This document shows positions 35,232 through 43,965 of a stretch of DNA of 64,000 bases, piece by piece. The notes beneath the pieces were generated by a model. The model made no database searches and was not told where the DNA came from. It saw only the letters and a program-made list of their open reading frames with translations. The stretch covers positions 285,794-349,793 of the IMG/VR virus record IMGVR_UViG_3300018080_000098; one strand, given 5' to 3'. Made by a program: the position numbers and the translations under genes. How positions within the stretch are numbered: position 1 is the first letter of the stretch; the number at the start of each line of letters is the position of its first letter.

Positions 35232-35546
35232 CTACCCATTGGGGCGCTTGAAAATACACTCGTAGCCCCAAGTGTTCTTCTCGTTGCGCGCTCGACGGCA
35301 GTGGACAAGCTCCCACCCCTTTTCGCCCAGGTCGTTGAACTTGTCGGTCAGCTTGCTGTCGGTGGCGAAATCACCGCCGTACTCCCACTTCTGGGTCTGG
35401 GCTTTCGTGGGAACCCCTCCCAGCAGAGTCACCGCGAAGTTGGCCGTGAATACGATAGCGATGATCATCAGCCAGACCCACGTCCAACTCTTTTTGGGAG
35501 GGGGCGGGGGTGGCTGCATAGCGTTGTTTTGAGGCATTCCTTGCAT
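35232..35546 (-). CDS. Membrane-anchored DUF4177-like protein
   Basis: TM helix then QKWEY...FNDLGEKGWELV. Confidence 0.7.
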   Translation of the reverse strand: MQGMPQNNAMQPPPPPPKKSWTWVWLMIIAIVFTANFAVTLLGGVPTKAQTQKWEYGGDFATDSKLTDKFNDLGEKGWELVHCRRARNEKNTWGYECIFKRPNG

Positions 35547-35623
35547 GTTGTCTCTCCTTTATGAAGTTCTATACCCAAACAACGTACAGAACGTAATTTA
35601 CGATGTCAAGAAAATAATCAGTA

Positions 35624-35678
35624 GTACCGCGCATTACATCTCCTGGCCGTACCCGGCATAAGATGACGCTGCCTTGCT
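35624..35678 (-). repeat. (N)GY-NN pentamer tract T13
   Basis: AGCaa GGCag CGTca TCTta TGCcg GGTac GGCca GGAga TGTaa TGCgc GGTac; lacks the usual GCAAGG end. Confidence 0.6.
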
Positions 35679-35919
35679 ACCACTCCCTGTTCGGGAAAGC
35701 CTTCTGCAAAACTTCGCGGAACACTTCCCGTACGAGGATCAATTTTCTGATGTCGTCCCGGTCCAGCTTATTGTTGGCCAGCGCAACGTCGATAGCAGTA
35801 CAGTTCGCGTGGATGTGCGCCACGGCGAACCTCGCGGTTAGAGTCTCGAGGTCCTCCTGGCTCATTTCCTCGAGCTCTGCTGCCGACAGTTTCTCGAAGT
35901 CTTTAATCACTCCATTCAT
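35677..35919 (-). CDS. Hypothetical protein
   Basis: Start moved to ATG 35919 (AAGGAG RBS). Confidence 0.6.
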   Translation of the reverse strand: MNGVIKDFEKLSAAELEEMSQEDLETLTARFAVAHIHANCTAIDVALANNKLDRDDIRKLILVREVFREVLQKAFPNREW

Positions 35920-36109
35920 CGTGATACACTCCTTCTCCCCCACATTTCACAGTCTTGGGATCCCCTCTAACGAAAATACCGCTCTGTGTGGGCTCCCCAC
36001 AGAAGCAGCACGGGAACGGCTTGAGTCGGACGGTGTAGCGCACAGGCTGCCTATCGCTACGTATCCGCCACCAACAATTCTCGCAGATAATGTGCGTCCA
36101 TCTGGACAT
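35903..36109 (-). CDS. Small Zn-finger-like protein
   Basis: CENC...CCFC; RBS from tract T14. Confidence 0.65.
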   Translation of the reverse strand: MSRWTHIICENCWWRIRSDRQPVRYTVRLKPFPCCFCGEPTQSGIFVRGDPKTVKCGGEGVYHDEWSD

Positions 36110-36115
36110 GCTATA

Positions 36116-36170
36116 TTTCCTTGCGTTGCGTTTCCTTAGTCAGCCACGCACTAACACGGGTGGCCCCACA
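36116..36170 (-). repeat. (N)GY-NN pentamer tract T14
   Basis: TGTgg GGCca CCCgt GTTag TGCgt GGCtg ACTaa GGAaa CGCaa CGCaa GGAaa. Confidence 0.6.
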
Positions 36171-36285
36171 ATAAGAGTAGTATCAACGTAAACACACCGC
36201 TCAGCACAATACCGAGCGCTGCCGACTCAAGTAAGAGATAGGCGTACGCAACAAGCAGCATCCCTGTGGGCGGCGCTCCTCGCAT
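36151..36285 (-). CDS. Possible 44-aa membrane peptide (below ORF-track cutoff)
   Basis: MRGAPPTGMLLVAYAYLLLESAALGIVLSGVFTLILLLLWGHPC; fills the gap. Confidence 0.4.
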   Translation of the reverse strand: MRGAPPTGMLLVAYAYLLLESAALGIVLSGVFTLILLLLWGHPC

Positions 36286-36288
36286 GGA

Positions 36289-36930
36289 TTACTTGTGCTC
36301 CTGATGCCACACAATGAGCACCTTGGTTGCGTCATCTATGTCGATCCCCAGGTTCAATATCCTGTCCGCTATCTCGAGGTACCGTTTACGTATAGCACAC
36401 GGACGCTCCCAGCTGCTGGTGTGCCAGCTACAGCACTCGTCGTCGCACAGCCTAGTGTGTAGCTGTTCCGCGCACTGCTGCAGGTACGCAGTCGTAGGCC
36501 GTAGCTCGTTCCTTCTTGTTATGAAATATTTGTCAGCTGCTTCTACGATAGGCCCACCATCTGGTTCGAACTCCACTCCCCTACGCACAGCGTTTATCAC
36601 GTCAGTGAGAATGTTACGTAGATCGGGGTCCTTTACCTTATGCAGCCGTTTAGCAGCTTTGCGTAGAAGGTCCCACGCTGAGTCTGGCCGCTCCATCTCA
36701 ACCGCTGTGTGATTATCCGCTTCGGTGTGGAGCCCACACTCCATCCCACAGTGACACACGCACTCTTCGTGCTCCTCCAGATGCACGAGGGGAATAGCTA
36801 CGTACTTCCGACCGGGGCTCGAGGCGTACACTGTAGGCAGCCAGTCCTCCTTCGGTGGACTCAGCGCGTTCAGTAAAATCGCGAGAGTGTTCCTGTAAAT
36901 CCAGACTTCTTTGAGAGGCTTGTCTGCCAT
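36289..36930 (-). CDS. Hypothetical protein with Cys/His clusters
   Basis: Start moved to ATG 36930 (MADKPL) behind tract T15. Confidence 0.65.
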   Translation of the reverse strand: MADKPLKEVWIYRNTLAILLNALSPPKEDWLPTVYASSPGRKYVAIPLVHLEEHEECVCHCGMECGLHTEADNHTAVEMERPDSAWDLLRKAAKRLHKVKDPDLRNILTDVINAVRRGVEFEPDGGPIVEAADKYFITRRNELRPTTAYLQQCAEQLHTRLCDDECCSWHTSSWERPCAIRKRYLEIADRILNLGIDIDDATKVLIVWHQEHK

Positions 36931-36934
36931 AAAA

Positions 36935-36999
36935 TCTCCTTGCATTACCGTTCCAGACACCGCCATGGCGCACATTGCGCCTCCAAGGCCAGCCGCACG
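36935..36999 (-). repeat. (N)GY-NN pentamer tract T15
   Basis: CGTgc GGCtg GCCtt GGAgg CGCaa TGTgc GCCat GGCgg TGTct GGAac GGTaa TGCaa GGAga. Confidence 0.75.
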
Positions 37000-37284
37000 T
37001 CAACTATCCTCGTCATCGTTTATTTCTACTACGTCGTCGGGATTCGTCACGTAATCCTCTAACGACGACAACACGATCGCCATCGTTTGTGTCAAAGTGG
37101 TACGTGTAGCGAGGTTAGCTCCCTTGTCCTGAAACTGCTTGAGCATCTTATTCATCCAATGGAGCTCTTTGAGCAGCAGTCCCTCGGTCTCGTCCGTGAT
37201 GTCACCCGACCGTTTCGTTTTAACATTGTGAGGCAACAGTGATGACATTACTACTTTCTTTTTATAGGTCCTCGGGTGACTCAC
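37000..37284 (-). CDS. Hypothetical protein
   Basis: Start moved to GTG 37284 behind tract T16. Confidence 0.55.
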   Translation of the reverse strand: MSHPRTYKKKVVMSSLLPHNVKTKRSGDITDETEGLLLKELHWMNKMLKQFQDKGANLATRTTLTQTMAIVLSSLEDYVTNPDDVVEINDDEDS

Positions 37285-37288
37285 AATA

Positions 37289-37348
37289 TTTCCTTGCGTT
37301 GCCCTACCGGGCCTTACTTCGCCCCGCTGGGCTTTGCCTGGCAGTGGA
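37289..37348 (-). repeat. (N)GY-NN pentamer tract T16 (overlaps 3' end of upstream CDS)
   Basis: TCCac TGCca GGCaa AGCcc AGCgg GGCga AGTaa GGCcc GGTag GGCaa CGCaa GGAaa. Confidence 0.8.
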
Positions 37349-37718
37349 CTGTATCCCAAGTTCGTTTTCTAAGTTGCTGCAAAGCGTTTTTATAGTCTTC
37401 CGGCGAATCGAGAGTCCAATCGTGGGTGGAAAGCTCGAAGAGCTCTAGGTCCCGGTTGAACGCTACGTCTAGAATTCGAACGGGCTCGCAAAAAGCGCGT
37501 TTACTGTGCAGAAGGATGTCTTTTGTGGGAACGAAGGGAAGGGTGAAGTATCTGTCCATCACTGTCTCCTCTTCGTAGGGCAAGCTCATCCACTTGTTGC
37601 GCTTAATGATTTCCACAGACATAAGGAAAGAGGAAGCGTCGGGAGGGGCTTTCCACTCGTCGGGCATGGGGTGCTTCCAGCCAACTTTTATACGGAGGCG
37701 ACAGTTGTACTCGGGCAT
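37314..37718 (-). CDS. Hypothetical protein
   Basis: ATG behind tract T17. Confidence 0.65.
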   Translation of the reverse strand: MPEYNCRLRIKVGWKHPMPDEWKAPPDASSFLMSVEIIKRNKWMSLPYEEETVMDRYFTLPFVPTKDILLHSKRAFCEPVRILDVAFNRDLELFELSTHDWTLDSPEDYKNALQQLRKRTWDTVHCQAKPSGAK

Positions 37719-37726
37719 CGTTCGTT

Positions 37727-37786
37727 ATTCCTTGCGTCACGTTGCCGCGCCCTACCCCGGTTTGCCAGTGCTAGCCGGGCGCGACC
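37727..37786 (-). repeat. (N)GY-NN pentamer tract T17
   Basis: GGTcg CGCcc GGCta GCAct GGCaa ACCgg GGTag GGCgc GGCaa CGTga CGCaa GGAat. Confidence 0.8.
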
Positions 37787-37901
37787 GGGTTTCGTTACTT
37801 GTTATCTTCCAAGCGTTCCCACAATTGTTTTACCATTTCAAGTAGCGCTAAATCAAAAGCGCGCCGATGTTGCTCCTCGTACGTCATCGAGATAGCTTTC
37901 T

Positions 37902-38144
37902 TTATTCTTTTGCTACCGACCACCCGCGCCGCCCGCGCTGGACACCTTCCAAGAAGGCAGCCAACTCGGGCAAGCCATTCGACTGGAAAAGGATATCCGA
38001 TTGGAGAAGAACGTCCCCTTCGGGAGGAACGTGCTCCTCAGCTATAACAGTGGCCCACGTTTCGCCCCACATAACCGCCAATCCGAGCTCTCGAGCAAGT
38101 GCACTGCATCGCACTGCCTCACCGTATTTCTCCATCTGTTTCAT
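37902..38144 (-). CDS. Hypothetical protein
   Basis: TAAATG coupling to upstream gene. Confidence 0.55.
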   Translation of the reverse strand: MKQMEKYGEAVRCSALARELGLAVMWGETWATVIAEEHVPPEGDVLLQSDILFQSNGLPELAAFLEGVQRGRRGWSVAKE

Positions 38145-38339
38145 TTACTTCTCCTCCAGTTTTGCCCAACGGCAATCCGGGCAAAGGTCTTCTCCGCCAG
38201 GGCGACCAACGCTCCACCCGAGTTTCCGAAGGTCATTACGCAATTGATGCACAGGTCTGCGTGTCGGTCCCCGGCTCCAACCGAATCGGGAGTGCACCTG
38301 GTTGCACCCGTCACAAATAATTCGTAGTTCAATGCTCAT
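38145..38339 (-). CDS. Small Zn-finger-like phage protein
   Basis: Start moved to ATG 38339; CDGC...GW...DLCPDC. Confidence 0.65.
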   Translation of the reverse strand: MSIELRIICDGCNQVHSRFGWSRGPTRRPVHQLRNDLRKLGWSVGRPGGEDLCPDCRWAKLEEK

Positions 38340-38343
38340 TAAA

Positions 38344-38388
38344 GCTCCTCGCGTTGCCGCACCCAGCGTTGCATAACCGTTCAACGCC
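38344..38388 (-). repeat. (N)GY-NN pentamer tract T18
   Basis: GGCgt TGAac GGTta TGCaa CGCtg GGTgc GGCaa CGCga GGAgc. Confidence 0.7.
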
Positions 38389-38391
38389 TAG

Positions 38392-38640
38392 CTAAGCATG
38401 TCGCCAATCAGGCTGCAACTCCTCGAACGCTTTACACTCCCAGGGACCATCCCGCCTCGGCACGTCCTTTAGGTATTTTACAGGGCCCTCTCGCCGCTCT
38501 CGAAACAATCGAGCTCGAGGTTCACCTTCTTCCCGACCGAACCACGCTTGCTGCTCTTGCAGATGACAATACTCGAAGGTCTTGTCACCGCGAGGACCAC
38601 CCCAGTGAACACAGCGTCGACACAAGCTATTCGCCATCAT
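38392..38640 (-). CDS. Small Cys-containing protein
   Basis: AAGGAGG RBS; CRRCVHW...C...C. Confidence 0.6.
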   Translation of the reverse strand: MMANSLCRRCVHWGGPRGDKTFEYCHLQEQQAWFGREEGEPRARLFRERREGPVKYLKDVPRRDGPWECKAFEELQPDWRHA

Positions 38641-38831
38641 CTTCCTCCTTCACGTAGCGTCCTCGGTCGCGGCCACCGTAGCCTCCATCAAGAAACTACG
38701 CGTAACGCCATGTTATCCCCTCGTGCTCAATAAGAGTAGGCACTAAACGGCTATCATTGCCCAAGTCCAACACGAGCTCGTCCTTCTCAACAGACAAAAC
38801 ACGGAAAAGTAATCTCGCGTAGGCTTTCGTT

Positions 38832-39041
38832 TTACTCGCCATCATCTTCCTCCCGGGCACGTCTAGCGAGCGCCCGCTTCAACATCCGCTCACCGCACTT
38901 TCTAGCTGCACCTCTACTCCTGTGGGCGTGTCGACACGTGGCCACCACTTTCCCGTCATCGTCGAGGACAACAGGATAACAGTACTTGGGCATCTCGTGT
39001 ACTTTAATCTTCATCACCACAACCCCGATCGCGCGCAACAA
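38832..39041 (-). CDS. Hypothetical protein
   Basis: CRHAH motif; overlaps upstream stop. Confidence 0.5.
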   Translation of the reverse strand: MLRAIGVVVMKIKVHEMPKYCYPVVLDDDGKVVATCRHAHRSRGAARKCGERMLKRALARRAREEDDGE

Positions 39042-40680
39042 GCTCAGCGAGCTCCTTCTTCAAGGCATCCCGCTCAGCCTCCACGCCCTTACGGTACTCG
39101 ATAGCCATTTCCATGCTCTCGTACAGAATAGCCTGGAACTCCTCGCGCGCCTCATCCAGCCTGGCGGCGTACTCTCCCTGCAGACGCGCAGCCACCGCCC
39201 CAGCAGCACAGGATGGACAGGGGTGCCGTACCTCGTTCCCCGAAAACCCGGTGCCCTGGCATTCCATGCAGCAACCCGTTTGCTCAGGAACACCGCGGAC
39301 GGGGAAACGATACCACTCCATCCCGCTTCGCCCATCCATCTCTGCCTGGTGGTGATCTGGTGGAGCGAAAGCTACGGCTCCAAGGGCTGGGGTTTTTCCG
39401 TTGGCTCGCGTTGGCAGCCTAACCCAAACCTCCCCCTGGTCTGCGATCGGCTTTTCCAGCTCTTTGTCCCGGGCTTTCCGCTCCTCCATTTCTGCCTTCA
39501 GCGCGTCCCTCGTGCTGCGAAGCTCGTTGACGCGAGCCAGAAGTGCCTCGCTCATCGGCAGGGACAACCGACACATGGCTGAGCTTAATTCCCCCTGTCC
39601 GCTCTCAAGGCGCTTTCGCATCAGTCCTACCGTTTCAATTATGTCTGCGATGTTAAATGTACTCATGTCTTCACATTCCTCCACCCCCTCCCTCTGCGGC
39701 GGGGCAGACCGGACTGCACAATGAATAAACCAGTCCATCCTGGGGATATCCCAATTAACGCACCCACACGGCGGGGGACCCGCTCCACACAGAGTTGGCC
39801 AACAGCCCCCGCACACGGGACAGAGCGGCGTTTTTTCGGGTAGGCGAATCGGTGCCTTTTCCCACGACTCCATTTCCAGGAGGCGGGTGTGTAGCGCATT
39901 CCGCTGCGCTTTCCAGTTCTGCTCCACCTTTTTGGCGTGGGCTTCAGCGGCTTCGGCGCGGGCTAGGGTTATCTGGAGTTGGTTACAAACCTCCACAATG
40001 TCATAGCCCAGATCGGCAGCCTGTTTGCATCCCTCACACTCCTGCGGTTTCTCGGCGCCGGTTACCTTAATCGGCCCCCACAGGTTGACAGTATTCAGGT
40101 CTTCTTTTGTTGTTCCGGCAACGAATGGGCCATTCTTGGTATCTCTGCCAATCCAAACAGTGGGTGGGGCCTGCTCACGTTCCCTTTCTCCTTGAAGTAG
40201 GGCTCCGTGAATAGGCACGCGGTAGAGATATAATCCGCAGTGGTCACCGTTGGGGTACTCGCTCCACACGCGCATGTTGTCGCAGTGATCGTGCTCTCCG
40301 TCGTCGCCATCTGGCAGGATGTGCTCGTTGCACTCTGGCGGCAACCCCACCCATACCTCCCCAACCCCCTGCGCCTCGGGTTCGCTAACACGCGGGGCTC
40401 CGTGAACGGGGACGCGTTTGTATTTCTGGACAGGTTCTGCCCACACGTCCAGCCAAACCGGGACAGTCTCCCCGTGGTGCTTGATGGTAAACAGCGTCCC
40501 GTTCCCTCGCTCTGATTCGTCACCGAACACGTGCACCCAAACATCCGAGGCGGTCTCCGTCTCCAATTCCTCTATCCTGTCCAGCGCGGCGCGGGTTATG
40601 GAAAGGAGCTCTATGTAGCACTCGCGGATATCCATCTTGGCCAACTTGTCCATCCGCTCTCTCAATTTCTTAGTGTCCAT
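39004..40680 (-). CDS. Mosaic hypothetical protein with internal repeats and coiled coils
   Basis: 558 aa; GEVWVGLP/GEVWVRLP and three RVPxHG-like segments; CxxC pairs. Confidence 0.7.
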   Translation of the reverse strand: MDTKKLRERMDKLAKMDIRECYIELLSITRAALDRIEELETETASDVWVHVFGDESERGNGTLFTIKHHGETVPVWLDVWAEPVQKYKRVPVHGAPRVSEPEAQGVGEVWVGLPPECNEHILPDGDDGEHDHCDNMRVWSEYPNGDHCGLYLYRVPIHGALLQGEREREQAPPTVWIGRDTKNGPFVAGTTKEDLNTVNLWGPIKVTGAEKPQECEGCKQAADLGYDIVEVCNQLQITLARAEAAEAHAKKVEQNWKAQRNALHTRLLEMESWEKAPIRLPEKTPLCPVCGGCWPTLCGAGPPPCGCVNWDIPRMDWFIHCAVRSAPPQREGVEECEDMSTFNIADIIETVGLMRKRLESGQGELSSAMCRLSLPMSEALLARVNELRSTRDALKAEMEERKARDKELEKPIADQGEVWVRLPTRANGKTPALGAVAFAPPDHHQAEMDGRSGMEWYRFPVRGVPEQTGCCMECQGTGFSGNEVRHPCPSCAAGAVAARLQGEYAARLDEAREEFQAILYESMEMAIEYRKGVEAERDALKKELAELVARDRGCGDED

Positions 40681-40694
40681 CGTCTTCTCCTTTA

Positions 40695-40904
40695 CTACTC
40701 GCTCCTCAACAAAGCTACCACTCCCCGCTTCCGTACCTCCCGACGCCGAAAATAAAACTCCCAGGACCCCGCCACCCTACGAAAGAAAGTCACCCACCGC
40801 CGCGCCACTACCAAATCCCCCACCCGCGTCTTCAACCACACCCCCTCCAGCTTCAGCCCACGACAAGAGTCGCAAACGTACAAACGAGCACTAGAGCAGC
40901 TCAT
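40695..40904 (-). CDS. Hypothetical protein
   Basis: Start moved to ATG 40904; region has strong strand compositional bias. Confidence 0.4.
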   Translation of the reverse strand: MSCSSARLYVCDSCRGLKLEGVWLKTRVGDLVVARRWVTFFRRVAGSWEFYFRRREVRKRGVVALLRSE

Positions 40905-40968
40905 ACTAAACAAGTTCCCCTGCTCCCAGGCTACCCGAGGCTCCTGCGACAACTCTCTCCACCTGTGT

Positions 40969-41181
40969 CTACACCGTTTCACTGTCGCCCTCCTTCGCAC
41001 ACCCCTCGCTCCGCCGATGACGCGCCCCACACCGAAAACACAACCGCACACCATCGAAGCGCCGCTTCACTTCTCCCGTAGCCCACGACGCACACCCCAA
41101 CACCCGAGCTCGAGCATTACAGGGACTGCCGTCGTTGTAGTACAAAGGTTTATCTACTGTGTCCCAGTAGGAACTACTCAT
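40969..41181 (-). CDS. Hypothetical protein
   Basis: Start moved to ATG 41181 (MSSSYW; GGAG RBS). Confidence 0.45.
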   Translation of the reverse strand: MSSSYWDTVDKPLYYNDGSPCNARARVLGCASWATGEVKRRFDGVRLCFRCGARHRRSEGCAKEGDSETV

Positions 41182-41365
41182 CGCTTCTCCTTCCACACTC
41201 ACAAGAAGGACCGTCCTCAGACCACCCCACGTGCGCCTCTCCTAGCAGGCGCCGCATGCACGTGGCTGTGCTGTCGCGCACCTCCACCAAGCCCCACGCT
41301 TCCGTGAACGCTCTCTCGCTAAAGAAACCCTGGTCAGCGAAAGCTAGTACCTCGTCGCGCGTCAT
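41174..41365 (-). CDS. Hypothetical protein
   Basis: ATGA-coupled to upstream gene. Confidence 0.5.
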   Translation of the reverse strand: MTRDEVLAFADQGFFSERAFTEAWGLVEVRDSTATCMRRLLGEAHVGWSEDGPSCECGRRSDE

Positions 41366-42117
41366 TTGTCACCCTCATCATCCCACAGAGTCAACTTCAC
41401 AGGAATTCTTTTATCCATCAAGTACTCCAAACGGCCACTCACCTCCATAGCTACCATGTCATCGGCAGGCAAACGGACAGACAAATCCACGCCAGCACTC
41501 TCGCCACCCCACGAAGGAAACTCCAGCCGCACAACCAACCCTTCCAATCCCTTCACACTCTCCGCGAAGTACACCAGAGGATACTTGCGTACACCCTTCC
41601 CGGGCAAAGGAGGCTCCGGTGGACCCGGCAACCCCAGAGACCCCTCGGCGCGCGAAAACTCCCCCTCTCCCTCTCCCTCCCCCACAACACTAGCACCCCC
41701 AATACACAGTCCATCAGCATCCTCGAAAGCAGGAAGACCCAGACACTCACGAATAGCAGCAACAGGGATACCCACGAGCTCCCCTCTAGAGTTGATACCC
41801 TGCTCACTGAACCCCTTACGCTGGTACTCCAGGATAGTGTAAGCACACAGGGCTACGACCTTCTTTATCTTCTCGAGAGCTTCGTTCCTCTCACACACGA
41901 GAGACTCTACCATGGCATCCTGCTTACGGGTAGTGTCGTCACCCCTCCTCCATTTACCCTCGTGCTCCTCCAACCACTCCTCGAACTCCCTACAGCTGGC
42001 TACACCGTGGCGTACCCTACGTTGGCACTCCTCCACAGATACAAGAGCATACTCAGAGTTGTGGTAGCACTCGTCACACGGGATAGGGGAACCCTTCTTC
42101 TCAATCTCACCGCTCAT
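41362..42117 (-). CDS. Hypothetical protein
   Basis: 251 aa; TAAATG coupling. Confidence 0.6.
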   Translation of the reverse strand: MSGEIEKKGSPIPCDECYHNSEYALVSVEECQRRVRHGVASCREFEEWLEEHEGKWRRGDDTTRKQDAMVESLVCERNEALEKIKKVVALCAYTILEYQRKGFSEQGINSRGELVGIPVAAIRECLGLPAFEDADGLCIGGASVVGEGEGEGEFSRAEGSLGLPGPPEPPLPGKGVRKYPLVYFAESVKGLEGLVVRLEFPSWGGESAGVDLSVRLPADDMVAMEVSGRLEYLMDKRIPVKLTLWDDEGDK

Positions 42118-42309
42118 TTATTCGTCTCCCAGCACTTCAGGTGCCACCGCAGCCTCACAACCACCACTTCTTCGCTCATGGTAACGCATAGCCTGCATGC
42201 GAGGCAATACTACACGACACCAACAGGAGGAACACACGTACTGAATAGTAGTAGCTCCACCAGAGTGAACAGAGACAGGTATTCCACAGTACGGACAGAT
42301 GCCTAGCAT
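42118..42309 (-). CDS. Small Zn-ribbon-like protein
   Basis: CPYC...CSSC; RBS from tract T19. Confidence 0.6.
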   Translation of the reverse strand: MLGICPYCGIPVSVHSGGATTIQYVCSSCWCRVVLPRMQAMRYHERRSGGCEAAVAPEVLGDE

Positions 42310-42315
42310 TTAAAC

Positions 42316-42400
42316 ACTCCTCGCTTTACCTTGCAGTGCAGTACACCGTCATGCCTCACCACACCCAGCGCCACGTCACCTTACGCCACCTCGCTTCGCA
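42316..42400 (-). repeat. (N)GY-NN pentamer tract T19
   Basis: TGCga AGCga GGTgg CGTaa GGTga CGTgg CGCtg GGTgt GGTga GGCat GACgg TGTac TGCac TGCaa GGTaa AGCga GGAgt. Confidence 0.85.
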
Positions 42401-42810
42401 ACGTTGGTGTAATAGATTTTGTCTTTTGCTGGAGCTTCGGGCGTTGCCCTCCGAGCCCGAAGCGGTTGGTTAAGAAGGCTCCGTAATACTCGAGTACCTG
42501 GAATTCCTGGCCCCATGGTAAAGAGTCCCAGGAACTACCAGCGTACCCCGGGTGGCCAGCGACCACCGATTAAATGGTGACCACTTTTTCATGCAACCGA
42601 GTGTAGGAGAGTTGCCAGCTAACTGTCAAGTTTTTTCTGGAGCTCCTGGGAGATTGTTTAGCAGTGACCTCTGGGATGAAGCGGAACCGAGGAATATTTT
42701 TTGTTGTGTGCTCTGAGAAAAGAAATAAATTTGGTGGAGAGACAGCTGTGAAGTAGAAACGTTTTTCTTCAAAAAGTGACAGAGGAGATGTGCAGAGGAA
42801 GTGAATAAAG

Positions 42811-43030
42811 TGGAACACAGGGACAGTGGAACATCGGGAACACCGTGGAACAGTATTGGAACATCCTGGAGCAGAGAAAGGAACAACCAGTACCAGCATG
42901 GAACATTTCAAGATGACAAATGTGGAACAATCAGTATCCAACTGGAACATCCTGGACCAACAAAAGGAACATCATGGTACACCAGGAATATACTGGAACA
43001 TGATGGAACAACCGCTAACCAGTTGGAACA
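42811..43030 (+). repeat. GGAACA direct-repeat cluster (iteron-like; candidate origin)
   Basis: 13 GGAACA copies (mostly TGGAACA) in about 220 bp, all on one strand, next to an AT-rich non-coding stretch (43200-43560). Confidence 0.7.
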
Positions 43031-43659
43031 TAGACCCAGAACAATACAACCCAAATGTAAAAACCCCAAACATAACCAGAATATACAAGAGAACACAAAC
43101 AGCGAAAATAACACCAAAAGAACAAGTGGGATACAGTGGGACAAAGTGGGGAGAAGAGGGGAACATTGGGTTCCAGCCCCCTATACCCCTATATACCTCC
43201 TAAAAACCGTGTATTTCCGTGTATTTAGCCTATATAGGGCCCTATATACCCCATATTACAGGCCTTTTTGGCGATCAGATCCCCTGTTTTCCGTGTCTAC
43301 AGACCCTATTAGTCCACTATTACCCGCTCCCAACCCCTACAGATCCCCTATTACGGGTAGACTTAGTCCTATTTCTGCACCCAGATCCCCAACAAAAAAC
43401 ATGCCAATAAAAAGTAATAAATGTTTTCCTTGGCACTTGACATTGTATTGTTTGATCTGTTTTGTGCTTGGGGATCTATTATTTCCATTAAATCATGGTA
43501 ACTTTACATTGTCAAGTAAAAAATAAATTCTTTTTTCTGCGTAAGTGTGTTGACAACGTAAAGATCGTTGTTACGCGTACCCTGGTCTAATGGTTTAACC
43601 GAATACCGTAGGGGAAGGGGCTCCGGGAATTCCCGGAGCCCTGGGGGAGGGGACGCGGG

Positions 43660-43965
43660 CTAGTTGAACTGGCGGACGGGCGGACCGGCGTTGACGCAGA
43701 TGTATCGGTCCTCCTCCGGGACCTTCACTCCGCGCTCTTCGAGCCAAACCGCCAGGGCGTGCACAATGAACTTGAACGTTTCCGTCATCACGTGCAGATC
43801 GTTGTGGGGGCCTTCGGGAATCTGCCGACGCTTGATGATCAGCTTGATGGCCCTTTCCGTGGCCTTCTGCATGCCCGGCCGCTTGAGAGCATCCCTGATC
43901 TCCTGATCCCCGGCGTGCGCCGCGACCATCTTCCGGATCTTCCGGCAACGTTGCTTCAGAGTCAT
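43660..43965 (-). CDS. Hypothetical early-cassette protein
   Basis: AAAGGA RBS; own promoter/leader upstream. Confidence 0.65.
   Translation of the reverse strand: MTLKQRCRKIRKMVAAHAGDQEIRDALKRPGMQKATERAIKLIIKRRQIPEGPHNDLHVMTETFKFIVHALAVWLEERGVKVPEEDRYICVNAGPPVRQFN

Noticed and set aside
36168-38740. Shared 12-mer CTACTCTTATTG (minus strand) at ~36170 and ~38730
   Set aside because: Only two copies, both probably in coding frames, with no consistent position relative to starts.
38630-38845. Possible TAG read-through or alternative genetic code (in-frame TAG between two open stretches)
   Set aside because: TAG terminates many clearly bounded genes here and gene density is high under code 11; this spot also needs a frameshift, so decay or error is likelier.
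20298-42400. Pentamer tracts as a CRISPR array or as low-complexity coding sequence
   Set aside because: There are no identical 25-40 nt repeats with unique spacers. Periodicity is 5, not 3, the tracts are mostly intergenic, and ORF-track extensions through them (e.g. 23012..24343, 33810..34049, 36289..36975, 37000..37359) have better RBS-backed starts downstream.
42801-43526. ORFs 42801..43526 and 42826..43203 over the GGAACA cluster
   Set aside because: The repetitive MEH/WN/GT content simply reflects the DNA repeat in each frame; treated as non-coding.
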